Below are positions 13,101 through 26,300 of a DNA stretch of 64,000 bases, piece by piece (position 1 is the first letter of the stretch; the number at the start of each line of letters is the position of its first letter). The DNA comes from Camelus ferus. Lineage: Eukaryota. The stretch spans positions 746,001 through 810,000 of the forward strand of contig NC_045698.1 of the NCBI RefSeq assembly GCF_009834535.1. The letters run 5' to 3'. The notes beneath the pieces are model-generated. The model was not told the DNA's origin and ran no database searches. It saw only the letters and a program-made list of their open reading frames with translations. Position numbers and translations under genes: made by a program.

Positions 13101-13639
13101 AGGGACGATTATCACGCAGGTTTCCACTGTCTACAGAGGAAGGACATCTCCCCTCACGGTCGGCCGGCCCTTCCCTGTGCTGAGCCCTCTGAGCAGCCCT
13201 CAGCCACGACCCGGCCTGTTCTGGGCCCTCGGAGTACCTCCATATGCCCCCGCCTGCTCCTCCCTCCCTCCCTCCTCTGTTCCTCCATCCTTCCTCCCCT
13301 CTGCCCCTCCTCCAGCAGTCAGGTTCTAAGACGCCGGGTGCTGGACACCCAGGCCTGCCTGAGACTCGCCTCCGTGGTGACTGCTGTGTCCTTGGCATCT
13401 TGCTGGGAACACGTCCCTCCGAGCACCGTTAACAAGGCCTCGGGCCGGCGGTCGCTGTCCGTGGTGCTGAAACACCGCAGCCCGCAGGGCACCAGGGCGG
13501 GTTTAACCGGCGGCGCCCAGGCAGCCAGATCCCAGAGCAGACAGAGCGCGCGCGCTACCGCGTGCCTGAGGGGAGCTGCACATTAAACTGCAATCAACGC
13601 AAGAGCGCGCCGAAGTGAGTCCTGAGCCCCGCAGGGAAG

Positions 13640-13940
13640 GCGGGCCCTGCACTGTGCCCCACGCCACACTCTGCGGTCCATGGCCTCTTCTGTGGAAAAG
13701 CCAACAGCGGCTGTGAGTCTTCCTCGCGCTGCATCTCTTGGACTCGCTGCCTCTCCAGCCTCCCTCCTCCACTTTCAGGGACCTTGTGCTCACACTGGGC
13801 TCACATCCCCTCTTAAGATCAGCTGATTAGTTATGAATTCCACCTGCACCGTAATGCCCCTTTGCCACGTTGGGTGATGTCCTCTGGGGTTCCAGGATTG
13901 GGACGGGGGCATCTTTGGGGGTCCTTATTCTGCCTCCCAC
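13640..13940 (-). mobile_element. MaLR LTR (MLT1-like) remnant
   Basis: ggttccaggattgggacgggggcatctttgggggtccttattctgcctcccac resembles the reverse-complement terminus of MLT1; boundaries approximate. Confidence 0.55.
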
Positions 13941-15429
13941 GAGGGCCCGGGGTACTCTGAGCTGCCAGGTTTGGGAAGCCCTTTGCTCTACAGCGACCTT
14001 CACAGGGGAGGGTCCCATGGCCCGGCGCGGAGCACATGCCGGGGTTTCAGTGCCGAGGGAGGGGCAGGGGTGTGGGACAGGGGGATGAGCGCTCGGCACT
14101 GCTTGGGGGCCAGGGGCACCGTCTGTGCCCTTTCACTCCTTTCTAGTCTTGAACTGGTCTTGCTGCACCCATGTCCGGGGACACACGCGTGAATGAGCTT
14201 CCTCACGGGCCATTTAGATCTAGGGAAACCTGAAAAACTAGATTTTTTTCCTTTGCTTCTCAAAATTTTATTATTTTCATGGTGCACCCTGAGGAGAACT
14301 GGCAGTCTGCATGGTGGTTTTAAAAACGAGATAAATCAGAAAGAGGTCTTACCCAGCTGAGACGGAGCAGAGCACACGCCTTCTCCAGGTAAAACTACAA
14401 GTGATTCTGAGGGAAAACATGGCAAAACGCACTTACTAGAGAAACAGGATTCTGGGAGCTGAAAGTTAGAGCAGTGCTGACTGGCCTCTTGGGTCTGGTC
14501 TGTCAAGGAAATGCCAGACACAGGCCGGGGCGCCGGGAGACCGCGGTGGCTGTGGTGGGTCAGCAGGCCCCCGCTGTGGGGCCCGGGACACGTCCCCCTG
14601 CATGGAGTGCCCTCCGCCCTGGGCAGTGGGCCAGTCCTCCCCAGTGAGGGCCCCGCAGGGCCGGCTCGCGGGGCGGGTGGCGCCAGCCCCTCTCTGGTCA
14701 TCTCTCCTGCACTCACGATGTGCTCTGTGGACTTGGGTCCGTCATAAACACATCGGCTCCATCGCTCAGATGTGGTCAGCAGCAGCAGTAAACAGGCCAC
14801 GGCCATAAACTGCGACAGACACCCTGCTCTCACGCTCAGCCTGTTTGGTCTGCATTAGCAACGACCCATCCAAGGTGCACTCCAAGTGGCCCTGTCAGGG
14901 ACGTCCCAGAAGGAAGCCGGGGAGTTGCTCACTGTCATCAAAACGCCACTGACCGGCTTTGTGCTGCCCCGGAGCACCAGGCAGAGAGCCCACCCACAGG
15001 TCACACCCTGAGCCACCCCCTCCTGTTCAGGCCCCCGCAGTGGTCTGAAGGCACAGCCTCGGCAAAGTCACGGCAGGGCAGGCTGGCTCATCCCAAGAAA
15101 ACCCGCTGGCCCTGGACAATGGATTCTCTCTCTTGAGGCACCTCACAGGGATCTGAGGCTGGGGTGGACGCAGAAGGCGGGGATCTGACCAGGGACACAG
15201 AGGGGCTCTGACAGGCTACTGTGAGAAGGGCACCCCTCTGTTCTCAAACCAGCCCCTCCACACCCTCCAGTCCCTTCTCCCTGCCGGCTGAGCTGTGTCC
15301 GCACAACCTCACCCTTCCCCGCCTCCTAACTCCTGACCCTGACCGAGGACTAAGCCAGCTGCTGTCTGCTTTGCACCAGAGTCACCAGAGAAGACAGCCC
15401 CCAGGGCAGCCTCCAAACCTCCCCACCCA

Positions 15430-15545
15430 CCAGCAGCTTCAGGAACTAGTTTAAAATTCAAATTCCTGAGCCCCATCCCAGAAGTGCTGAGCCAAAAACT
15501 TGGGGAAGGGGCAGCCCCAGTGTGATTCACCCCTCAGGGGACTCA
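15430..15545. mobile_element. MER5-like hAT DNA transposon remnant
   Basis: ggaactagtttaaaattcaaattcctgagccccatcccaga..gctgagccaaaaact resembles the MER5A core. Confidence 0.45.
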
Positions 15546-16494
15546 GGGCTCAGGGGGAAACCTGCCCCTTGCCTCTGATAAACTCTCTCTGGGGACCCTG
15601 GCCACCACCTAGTCCCTGATCTCAATCACCTCCTTGCAGCCAGCACACACATCTCTGACCACATCTCTCCCCAACCTGGGGCCCACCTGTTCTCCCCGAA
15701 GTCTTCCACCCAGCCCCACCTTTCAAAGCATGACCCTTGACCTTGAGCAGAGTGCCATGTTCCCAGCCCTTCCTGCTGCCCCTTCTGCCCCACCCAATGC
15801 AGGGAGGACCCCGGGTGTGTCCCTTGGAGATCTCACCCTCAGGGACCCAAGGAGCTCCCCTCTGCAGAGCCCCACCACTTTCCCAAGTCTAACATGCACC
15901 TCCCTGGGCACCATGCCTGAGTTCAGCTAAGTGGACATGACAGCACAGGACAGAAGGAATCCCACAGTGGCCAGGATGCAGGAATAGGAGAGGCAGGGTC
16001 ACCTCACCCTTCAGGAGCCTGGATGGCAGAGGGGACAGACAGGGGGACACATACGGACTGACTGCCTGAGCTCGTCCCCCTGCCCGGGTCCAGAACACGG
16101 GGACAGGTCAGGAGACTACAGCATCGGGGAAGGGACAGGGCTGGACTTGGACCCGTGTCCATGGCCTTCACTGCTGACTCCACAGAACCCTCCGGAAAGA
16201 TGAGAATCACGTGGTCCACCATGAAGATCATGGCCAGAGAAATGCACTCAGGAGGAATCCTACTGTCCCGGACCAGAGAACTGCCCTGTCCACTCTTGAG
16301 CGTCCAGGCAGCTTGGCCAACGCCAGCTGCAAGACGGTGGGTGCCTGGCTGGGGCCTCCCCATCCGCTGCCCAGATGCACCTGCCCCATGGGAGTACCTC
16401 CCTCCCTCACATCCCACCCCAGGAAATCCCCTCCGACCTTGACCAGGCCAGTGACCCACGTGCACCACCCACGCACACCAGTAAAAGCACACTT

Positions 16495-16538
16495 TTTAAT
16501 AATTACAGAGCACGGTACTTATTGGCGCACAATTTAAT
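16495..16538 (-). terminator. Candidate TERT polyadenylation signals (two ATTAAA hexamers)
   Basis: ATTAAA on the minus strand at 16538-16533 and 16500-16495, in an isolated AT-rich patch about 730 nt past the stop, followed by GU-rich sequence (gtgtgcttttactggtgtg). Confidence 0.5.
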
Positions 16539-17263
16539 GCAAAGACCGAGAAAAATTTAAAACTACACAAATAGAGGTTCACTATCTTCCTCACTGGGGT
16601 GAGGCGTGGGGGCTAGGAGGTGTGGCGGAGCACCACCAGGAGGACCTGGGGCCCGTGCTGAGCGAGGACCAGCATGGAAGAGTCAGGAAGTGGGGGTGGG
16701 GGACGGGCCAGGCCAGAGGCCAGGGCAAGGCCGGGTGAGGACAGGCCTCAAACAGCTGACTGGGCCCATTTGCTTCTGGGGAAAGTTCAGTGGGGCGTGA
16801 ACTTTGGATGCAGCTGGTGGGGGCGGGGGCAGGGGTGGGGGTGGGGGGCAGGTGCTGCTCCTGGGGCAGGAGGACGGCTCAAGCCGGGGTGCCACACGGG
16901 TCGGCAGGAGCCCACGCCCACCACCCAGCCCCTGCAGGCCTCCCCGTGCCCTTGGGGACACACGTGCTATCACTGCAGACCAGGAGAAGTGAGTGACAAG
17001 TGTCCCCAACACTCCCTGTCCAGATGCCAATGCCCCAGCCAGGCTCTCCCACTTGCCTCCTCCCGGAGGTCAGCAGGTGAAGGGTGGGCCCCAGTTGCTG
17101 GGGGTCATGGTGCGCAGGCCCTGCTTTCCTGAGGACTTGGGGGCCGAACCTCCCCCAGGGTCTCCAGGGAGACCCCTACCTCGCAGTGCAGCTGGCCCCC
17201 TCCAGGATATGGCATCGGGTGGAACGGGGCTCTGGGGCTTCGGGCTGCAAGGAGGGCTGACTG

Positions 17264-17367
17264 TCAGTCCAAGATGGTCTTAAAGTCTGCGGTCAGGGCA
17301 GGGTCAACGGCTGCTTCCAGGGCGGCCAGTGTGGCCCTCGGGAGCCGCCGGCACAGCTGTGCGCTGG
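17264..17367 (-). CDS. TERT: TERT exon 16 coding part, TGA stop at 17266-17264
   Basis: ttgcag|..[33 protein letters not shown]. Confidence 0.96.
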
Positions 17368-20300
17368 CTGCAAGGAGGTGACTGAGATCAGGCCTCCTCC
17401 CAGAAGCAACCAGAGGACACCGGGGCTGGGGCCGGGGGCACCCTGAGGCTGGGCAGGCGCCTGTATCAGGCTGAGCCCCGTGGGGTGCCGGCCTCAGAGG
17501 CGGGGAGTGGGGAGGTGCTGTGACCTGGGCAGACGTGCCAGGTCCTTGGATGAGGGAGGGGCCCACAACCCTAGGGGCACCTGCTCCTCTGACACAGAGG
17601 AGCCCAGAGGTCCAGTGATGCGTGCACACGGGAGGGGCGAGTCCTGTACCCCACTCCGCCCACGCTCACCTGCCCGGAGCGGCCCCAGCAGGCAGCTGTA
17701 GGTGATGTGGTGACCAGCCAGCTTGAGCCGGAAGGCATGCAGGCAGAGCCACTGTGCAGCTTCCAAAGGAAACGGGCCTGAGGCGCCCTGGGCCCCCAGT
17801 GATGTCCCTGAGGGGACATGTGGAGAGGCTGAGGCCCTGCCCGGCCCCCACCCCACCCCAGTACTCCTCCCAGGGGAGACCAAGGGGTCCCTCCAGGCTT
17901 GGCACAGAAGTGGGGACATGGGGTGGGGGGCAAACAGGAGACTTCAATTCCAGGGCCACCCCTACACGGGCACCAGGGGATTCTGATGACTGAAATGTTC
18001 CAGTCAACTGCTCCAAAGAAACTTCACAAAAAGAAGTAACAAAAGCGAAGTCTGCTAAACCAGGACCTCGGAGACACATTCGGCCCAAATCTCACAGGGA
18101 CCAGAAATGCCCGTGGGAGGGGCTCTGACGGGAACTCTGGGGCGGGGGGAGGGGGGCAAGACGCCAAGCAGGCTGCACCCCAAGCAGAGACGGCTGTGTG
18201 GCTGGCAGGGGCGTCCCTCACTGGGCTCCTCCCTGAGGTGGGCAGCGGTGGCCCAGGGGCAGCTGGCGACACCCGGCCTCCTCCCGACCGCAGGCCTGGA
18301 TGTGCGAGCACCCCGAGCGCCGGGGGAGCAGGCCCTGCCCGGAGCAGGCAGAGCGAGCCAGGGAAGCAGGAAGGACCACCAGCAGGTTCCCAGTGTCCTG
18401 CTCCCTCCAGTCACGCAGCGGAGGGCAGGTGAGCTGAGGGCAGCAAGTGAGGGGGGGCTGCTGTGACCGCGGGGCACATAGCACGCAGCGGGGTGCGTGG
18501 GGAGCACCCTCCCTTCACATCGCCCTGGCGACCCCCAGACCCACCTTCCCTGCCCTGTTCACTGGCGCACCTGAGTTCCTGGCTTTCAGGAGGGAGTAGG
18601 CGCGGGATGCGGTGTCGGAGACGACCCGGAGGAAGAACGCGGGATTCCGCCTAACCGGCTGATTAAAGGGCAGCTGCAGCACGCACGCGTGGAACCTAGG
18701 AGACGGCGCCGCTTCAGGGAGTGTCCAGTCGGAACACGCTGGCGTGCGGGTGCCGTGTGCACCTGGGCTCGTGCGTGCCTGTCAGGTGTTTGTGTCTACG
18801 TGCGGCATGTGCACACATGAGCATGTGTGTGTGCACGTGTCTGCAGGTACCCACGTGACCATGTGACAACCCTCTCGGGGGCCTGTGCCCTGTCTCACCC
18901 CCGGGGTCCTCTCTGCCATAAGGTGCAGGTGTGGACCTGGCCGTCCGATCTCACAAGAGCTCACCAGAACCCTGTGGAGTGGGGAGGAACCATCCCCACC
19001 TACGAGAGAGGGGAGCCCGTTCTGGAAACTCGCGAACATCGTGTGCCGGGGCCGGGGTCAGGCCACACTGCTGTCCTGGGAGGGGCTCGTCCTGCAGGCA
19101 GAGGACCCTCTCTGGGGGAGGGGTGGTGCTCCGTGTGGAGTAGGGAGGTCTCCACCAGCAGGGATTTCCATCTCCCCTGAGAGGAGCTGAGTTTGGTGGG
19201 TTCCAGTCTGCTGAGTGCCACGTGACCCCCATGACCTCGCCTGCCCAGCTCTGGTGGGTGTGACTTGCATGGTCCAGCTTTACACTCCCCACCCTGCCTT
19301 GGAGGCGCGGGGTTCCTGGGTCTGCCTGTGTGCGCACCACCCGCGTGTGGAAGCAGATGACATCCTTGATGCAGCGGGTGGGGTGCTGGTGGCTCTGCAC
19401 GGTCACTGTCCCGGGTGCACGTCACCACCTGGACAGAGGTGCACAGGGCCACCTGAGGGTGGCCTCCCCTGAGCTCAGGTGTCTACAATGTTCCCTGGAG
19501 AGCAGGGGTCTGGGGCCAGCTCCCCACAGAGCACAGGGTCCAAGGTGGGGATACAGAGTGAGACCGCGGGGATCCTGGAGCAGGGTCCCCACCCTTGCTC
19601 TTCTCACACCCCCGGAGGTGTGCGGGTGCGCGGGGGTCACTGTGACCCTGCGCCCTGCAGCTGGCATGGCAGGGGCGTGAGCACCTGTCCCGAGGGGGCA
19701 GAGGCAGCTGGCAAAGAGCACAGGGGCGCCTTGGGAGGTGCAGGAGGGTGGTCAGGGTGCTGAGGGGCACCAAAGGCGCACGCACGGCCTCATCACCAAA
19801 ACAGAGCCCAGGCCCCTGAGTTAGAAGCGGTCTTCCTAGCGGGACTTTTCAGCAGGAACTCCCCCCCGAGCCCATCCAGACCCTGCAACGACCGCACGGC
19901 CCTGGATAACCGTCCCTCGCGGGCTCTCAGTGGTCGCCCAGCTCCCCATTAGCCGGGAGACAGCTCTCCCCTCGCTCACTGTCCCCTCGCCCACAGCGCT
20001 GCCCCCTGATGGGGCCGTGGGAAGTCAGCTGCCTCCCTGAGTTGCCCAGGCAGGGCTCCCCCCGAAACCACCGAGAGTGAGGCTGCGGGCAAGAGGACCG
20101 GTCAGTGAAGGACAGCGTCCGCCTTCCCGAGGTGGACATGTGGGAACACAAGCGCCAATGGCCCATGATCACCAGCCCATCCCCTACTTCCCGGCCGGGG
20201 GCTGCAGAGCCCCCGGGGGGCAGGGAGCGTCCTGGAAGCAAGGCTGGGCTGGGCTGGCCTGGAGCTGCTCTTGAGGGTTTGGGGCCACGGCCCTCTGCTC

Positions 20301-23300
20301 TCTGGACCCACCCCTGCCCCGTGGCCGCCTTCCTCCAACTCTGCAGCCCCTCCCCTGCCCCTCTCACCACAGGGCAGCTAGCACAGGGGGACACGGGACA
20401 CCCTGGCCACGCTGGCCTCCACCGCTGCCTGGTGCCGGGAGCAGCGCCTCCCGAGCAGACGGGGACACAGGCGGACAGGCGGTACCTGCTGCTCAGGTGG
20501 GTGCTGCGTCCGTCCTCACAGACCCAGAGAGCGCCCTCGCCCCGCCAGGGACCCACCTGTATGCCTGCAGCAGGAATATCTTGTAAACGTTTGTGAAAAC
20601 TGTCTGGAGACTGTTCACCTGGAGTCACGAGGAAAGAGAAACGCTGGCAATACCCCTGGGACTTGAGTTTCTACCTTTTGCTTTATTTCCCCTCACCGGC
20701 CACGGGGTCAGGACTCTGTGTGGCCGCCGGCAGGATGATGGGCGGGAAGGACAAGGAGGTGCGAGCCCAGCCCGGCCGGACCACAACCTCGGCCCGCACC
20801 CTGCGAGGAGCCAGGGCGCGGGGGCGCGGCGGCCACTCAGCGGGTGAGGGCAGGGGCCTCCACACACGCACGTGCACACGCACACGCACACCCAGGATCT
20901 AAAAAGCACAGGGGCCCACGGGGGCCTGATGCCAGAGCCCTCGCTCTGAAGCCCCAGCCGCCGGCCGCCGCCCGCAGCCCACGCACCTGCAGGTCCAGAA
21001 AGAGGCCGTGGCACTTCAGCCGCAAGACCGCGAAGAGTTTGCGGCGCATGTTCCTTCCAGCCTTGAAGCCCTGGTTGAAGGTGAGACTCGCTCTGATCGA
21101 GGTCCGGGCGTAACTGAGGGACAGGGTGGGGTCCCGAGTGACACACACGTCCCCCTCACGCTGCCAGACACGCACGCCCCACCTTGTCACATGCGGCTCT
21201 GATCCACCCCAGTGCCTGGCCTGTACTCACGTGGAGCTGGGCCCAGACCGGCCCCACCTGCTGCCCCCTGGGCCCCGGCCTGCATGGGTGTCCACAGACA
21301 CTGGCTCATGGTGCGGCACGGCCTCGGCCTGGCCTCCTGGACACAAGTCCTTCCAGGCCTTGTTTGTATCACTGGATCCAAACCTTGGGTCATTTTGCAT
21401 GTTCCTTCCCGAGGGACAGACATGAGGCCCCATATGGCCTGTGCACTTTTCACTCCAGAGCACTGGTCACTCAGGCCCACAGTGGGCCCAGCACCTCCCC
21501 GGAGTCACCTGTGTGGGCGGGCAGCTCTGGGGAAATGAGGGGGTTGGCAGCCCCCAGCCAGGTGCCTGCACGTGGGCCCCACAAGCCTGTGGCTTCTCCC
21601 AGGAGGAGGTCGCCCCCAACATCCTTGACGCAGGACCAAGCGACCGGCGCAGTCACATGATGGGCCCGAAGTGTCAAGGGAAGGGGCCTCGTCAGCCCCG
21701 CTGTGCCCGCGGGGTCCTGTGCCTCCCACCCCCGAGTGTGATGTCACGTGACGCGGCCCACACCCCAGGACGGGCCCTCTCGCCCCAGCTTCCACACTCA
21801 CACTTGACGTACACTTCCCATTCCCTTAGTCGCACTTTGAAAACAATTTTAACGGCAGATTGAGGTTTCCCCTTGGTGACACGGCACCCACTGAGCCTTT
21901 ACCAAGGCCACTTCATCTGCCCCCCAAGCACTTAAAGACGGTCAAATAAAACCTCGGGTGACGTCTCTCATTTCCATTCTGGGGAAGATTTCCAGAAATG
22001 GAATTATTGGGAACCGTGTGAACATTTTAGCCGTGCCCACTGAATTCACGTGTTGAAGCCCTGACCGCCAGGGCCGTTTGGGGACAAGTCCTTGAAGGCA
22101 GTGAGGAAGATGAACTGAGACCAGGAAGGCGGGCCCTAACCCAGCGGGGCGGAGGCTGAAGAAGAGAGCGACACTGCCTGGACACAGGGACGACCATGCG
22201 AGGCCTCGGGGGGGGGGGGGGAGACGGGCCTGCAGCACCTGGACCTCAGCTTCCAGCTCTGGACCGAGGGGTCAGGCCCGTCTGTGGTACTTTGATGGCA
22301 GCCTGAGCGGCAGAGGCTGGCACCCACGGCACCGCACACAGAGCAGGCCCCACACGCTGCAGCCCTGCGCCCCGATGGACCCAAGGCGACCGCAAACCCT
22401 GACGTCCAGGGAGACCAAGATGCGTGCTAACGCATGTGCCTGGCCCTAAAGAGACCTGCGTCTGGCAGGTCCCGAAATCTCGTTAGATTTGCACGCTTCC
22501 CTGCAGAACACGCCAGGGTCCCGGAATCTGCTGCACGGTTGTTCTTTTACCAAAAATGGCCCAGAAAACTGTGCCCCCCGTGAGCACGTCCCCCCACCCC
22601 CCGGATGGGGAGACGGCTCTCTGACCTCTGATCTCTCCAGGTGGCAGCACCTTCACTCAGGAGAGGGCAGCCTGAGCGAGTTGCCGGCCAGCTCTCACCT
22701 GGAGTAGTCACTGCGCACCTCCAGGGTCTGGGTGTCCAGCAGCAAGCCGCACCAGGGGAACAGGCAGTGTGCCGGCAGCTGGAGGGGGGCCTGGCCGCCC
22801 AGGGCGCCGTCTTCCACGGGGAAGTTCACCACCGTCTTGCGCAGGTTCGCCAGGCAGCCGTACTCGGGCACGCCTCTGACCAGGGTGCTGAAGTGGAGGG
22901 GCCGGTCAGCCACTGGGCAGAGAGGGCCACCCGGGCGGGTCTGGGAAGCACTGGTCAACACCACTTAAGACCCCGAGAGGCAGCGGGGGCCGAGGGCTGG
23001 GACTGGGCAGGCCCCCGAGGAAGGCCGGACACAGCCCTGCTCTGGCCTCAGGCTTCTAGGCGACCAGTGCTAATAAACAGAGACCAGGCTGGCCGGGCTG
23101 GGGAAGGGCAGAGGCAGCGGCGGCGGGGCGGAAGCCGGGCGTGTGGGTGCTGGCCGATGGGCTTCCCCAAAGGCAGGCCAGTGACCAGAGGCAGGGACAC
23201 TGTGAGGGCTCAGCTTTGCAACTTTCTTCTTCCTTGGAAACCACACGCTGGAACAAGCCCCCAGATTCCTGGGGCTGCCCAGAGGGGGACAGGGCTCTAG

Positions 23301-26300
23301 GGCCACAGCCCAAAGGCGAGGGCCCTGGGGGCCAAGTTGACTTGGGCACCGACCCCTAGGCGACCCCCAGAATTTGCAACATCGTCCCCGGGCAAGTCTG
23401 GATTCTCTCTCCCCTCACGGCACCCTCTTCTGCAGGGGAGGCCTCAGGGCCTCTCCTCCGCACCCCATGCTGTGCAGGGCTCAGCCTCCAGGAGGAGCTG
23501 CTGATGCTCCAGCCTCTGCCAGGGTGCCGCACGCACGGAGGCCCCATGGGCTCAGTCCCACTCTCGGTGGTTCCTGTGTCCCGGCGGCCACGCCCGCGTT
23601 CTCAGAGCAGCGGGACTGCACCACGTGACACTCGCCAGAGACACTGGGATGCGCAGGGTTCTGCAGGGTGGGACGGGAACTGCTTGCTGTGCATGCGTTA
23701 CGTCCGCAGAAGTGCCCGTGGAGACACACGCATGTGCAGACCCTTACCTGAGAAAAGCCTTCGCACGCGTCAGGTGGGGTGTGACCAGCAGGAAGTCGTC
23801 CACCAAGCGCAGGAGGACCCTGGACAAGGAGAGAAAATGGAGAGCGCTGCCTTTTACACCCCGAGCACAACGTCCTCCTGGGGCGCTGAAGGTCGAAAAC
23901 GTAACATCCGAGTTCCCGCGGGCGTGAATAAAGCGATCTTCTCCCAAGGATCTGAGCAAGAGACTTACGTGTTTGTGGGATTTGGCATCAGCCGGGGAAG
24001 GAGGCCTGTAGTCGGGCCAGGAGGGCACAGTCTTGGTGCCGGGTGGATGCCTGTGGAACTGCCCCTGGGCCCCGGCCACACCGTGAGCCACGTGCCATCC
24101 CACGCTCTGCTAATGCCTCCCAGGTGACGTTGCAGGGGGAAAGGGTGTGGCCCTGTCTCCACCCAGGACGAGAAATGCAAACAGGCCAAAGCAAAGCGAT
24201 GCCCACAGAGGACAGAGGGGTCCTACCCATCCTGCTGCACTCCGGGGAAGACCTTGTCCTCCATGTCTCCATAGCACAGGCTGCAGAGCAGGGTGGACAG
24301 CACGGAGCCCTGGGGGACCCCCTGACACTGGACGTAGGACCTGGGGGGCAGGATGTGGTTAGAAGGGGGGCCAGCCACGGCAATACGCGTGCGCACACAC
24401 ATATGCCACATCCACCTTGGGGGATGGGGCTCAAGGCGTGTCACACTCCCCACGAAGCCCTGCCACACGCCTGGCCACATGTGAACAACTTCCTCCACAC
24501 ACATCACAGCAGGTGGGGCCCCTGAGGGCGTCTGGGGTCTCAGGCATGGCCTTTCTTGGGGAGAGTCACCTCCCAGCTGGTGCCATTTATATGCATGTGC
24601 GGGTACGTTTCTTTGGTCGAAACTTGCCCTGCTGTGCGCTTGGCATGCGTGCCTCCCCCAGGATGTTGGCATGGGTTTACACCGCAGCGTAACAACCTCT
24701 GGGTGAGCGTCATAATGACTCAGAAGGTCTTCTAACCAGAAGGTTTCCCAACCTCAGCACACGGTTAACGAGCCCCAAGAAGGCTTCACGGTCCAGGCTG
24801 ACCTCCAAAGGCCGCGGCCGTGAGTCTGGAGCCCCAGGACCACCGCCCTCCACAAAAGCACATGGGGGTCTCACACAGCGCCTGCCCAGGCAGGTCTGGC
24901 TTCACACACATTTAAACAACTGTCTGCCAGGAGCCTCACTCCGCCACATGGGCCGAGCAGCCGCAGCACCTGTGCGGCCTGTGAAGTCGGGGAGGCAGAA
25001 GATGGCGCCCACCTGCCCCCAATCCTCATGACATGGTTGTGCACCAGGCGCAGGAAGGACTCGAAGAGGCTGCAGCCGGTCTCATTCAGACAGTAGCTCT
25101 GGAAGAGACGGGAGCGTGGCCCACGGGCGGTGAGGATGCCCCCTGGACGCCACTCTGGGCTGGCCGGGCAGCATATGGTGGGGCCCCGGGAACCGAAGGA
25201 AAGACGTCTGGGGTCTTAGCGCCTCACTTGGTGGCAGGGTCACCCTGAAACCATCCTGCATGAAGCAGGGATCCTCCCAGGCTGACACCTGGCGGACCCG
25301 CCGGGGACACTCTGCTCACGGGGGAGAAAGCGTGGGCCCCCATGGGCAGTTGGAGGAGGGTCTACGGGGAAAACCTGGCTTGTCCTAAAGGAAGGGGTTC
25401 CTCTTCTCTTGGCCTCAAGGTCAAATCAGAGAGATAAGATATGCAGTGAATCAGGAAGGGCCACGGGTAGCCACAGAGGGCTCAGTGAGGCGGCAGAAAC
25501 GTGGCCATAGGTGGAAGCAAGTCTCTGCCTGCCAGGGAGGGCGTCCACAGCTCCCTCGTCCCTGACCCAGTGGTGAGCTGGGTGCCCACACCGACCTGCT
25601 CGATGACCACGGCGTCCCTCAGCGAGCTGGTGGCCTGCAGATGCTCCACAAACTGTCTCATGTACGGCTGGAGGTCCGCAAGGGTGGAAACCTGCTGGTG
25701 AGGACGGTGTGAGGTGGGTGGACACCTCCTGGAGCCCTGATGTCACAGGGACTCTCAGGATGGGGACAGAGCCCAGGAGGTCCTGACACGCAGCTTCTGC
25801 GGTCAGCTCCTCTCCCCACCCACCACAGCCGCTATGACCGCTGATGAAACACAGAGCAAGGCTGCTTGGGGGGCTCGAAAGGCAGGACGCAGGCAGACTG
25901 GGGTCCCAGTCCTTGTGGGGCACCCCACCTTCGCCCCCACTTCTCCCTGAGGTCTGTATCCATGGTGGGAGGTGGAGTTCGAGCACAAAGTGGGAGCTAC
26001 GAGGTTGAAGACATCAGGGTTCAGGGCCACTAAGCAGCTCGGACTGAGGGGCAGCCCTGGGAGGAGGGGCTGCAGGGAAAGGGCTGCAGGAAAACCTGAT
26101 TTCTTGAACTCCTCTACAAAACCAAAGCAGACTCACAGACGCAGCAAACACTCTTAGGGTTACTGGGGGGAAGGGGGTGGGAAGGGATAAATTTGGGTGT
26201 TTGAGATTTGCAAATTTTAACTGCTATAGATAAAAATAGATAAAAAACAAATTTCTCCTGTACAGCACAGGAAACTATATTCAGTGTCTTGTAATAATCT

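Noticed and set aside
16818..16851. G-quadruplex in the TERT 3' UTR RNA
   Set aside because: The G-runs are on the template strand, so the mRNA is C-rich here; such runs are common throughout the window.
26154..26162. Telomeric TTAGGG or a telomerase RNA template
   Set aside because: Only isolated single hexamers occur; there is no array and no TERC-like sequence that I can recognise.
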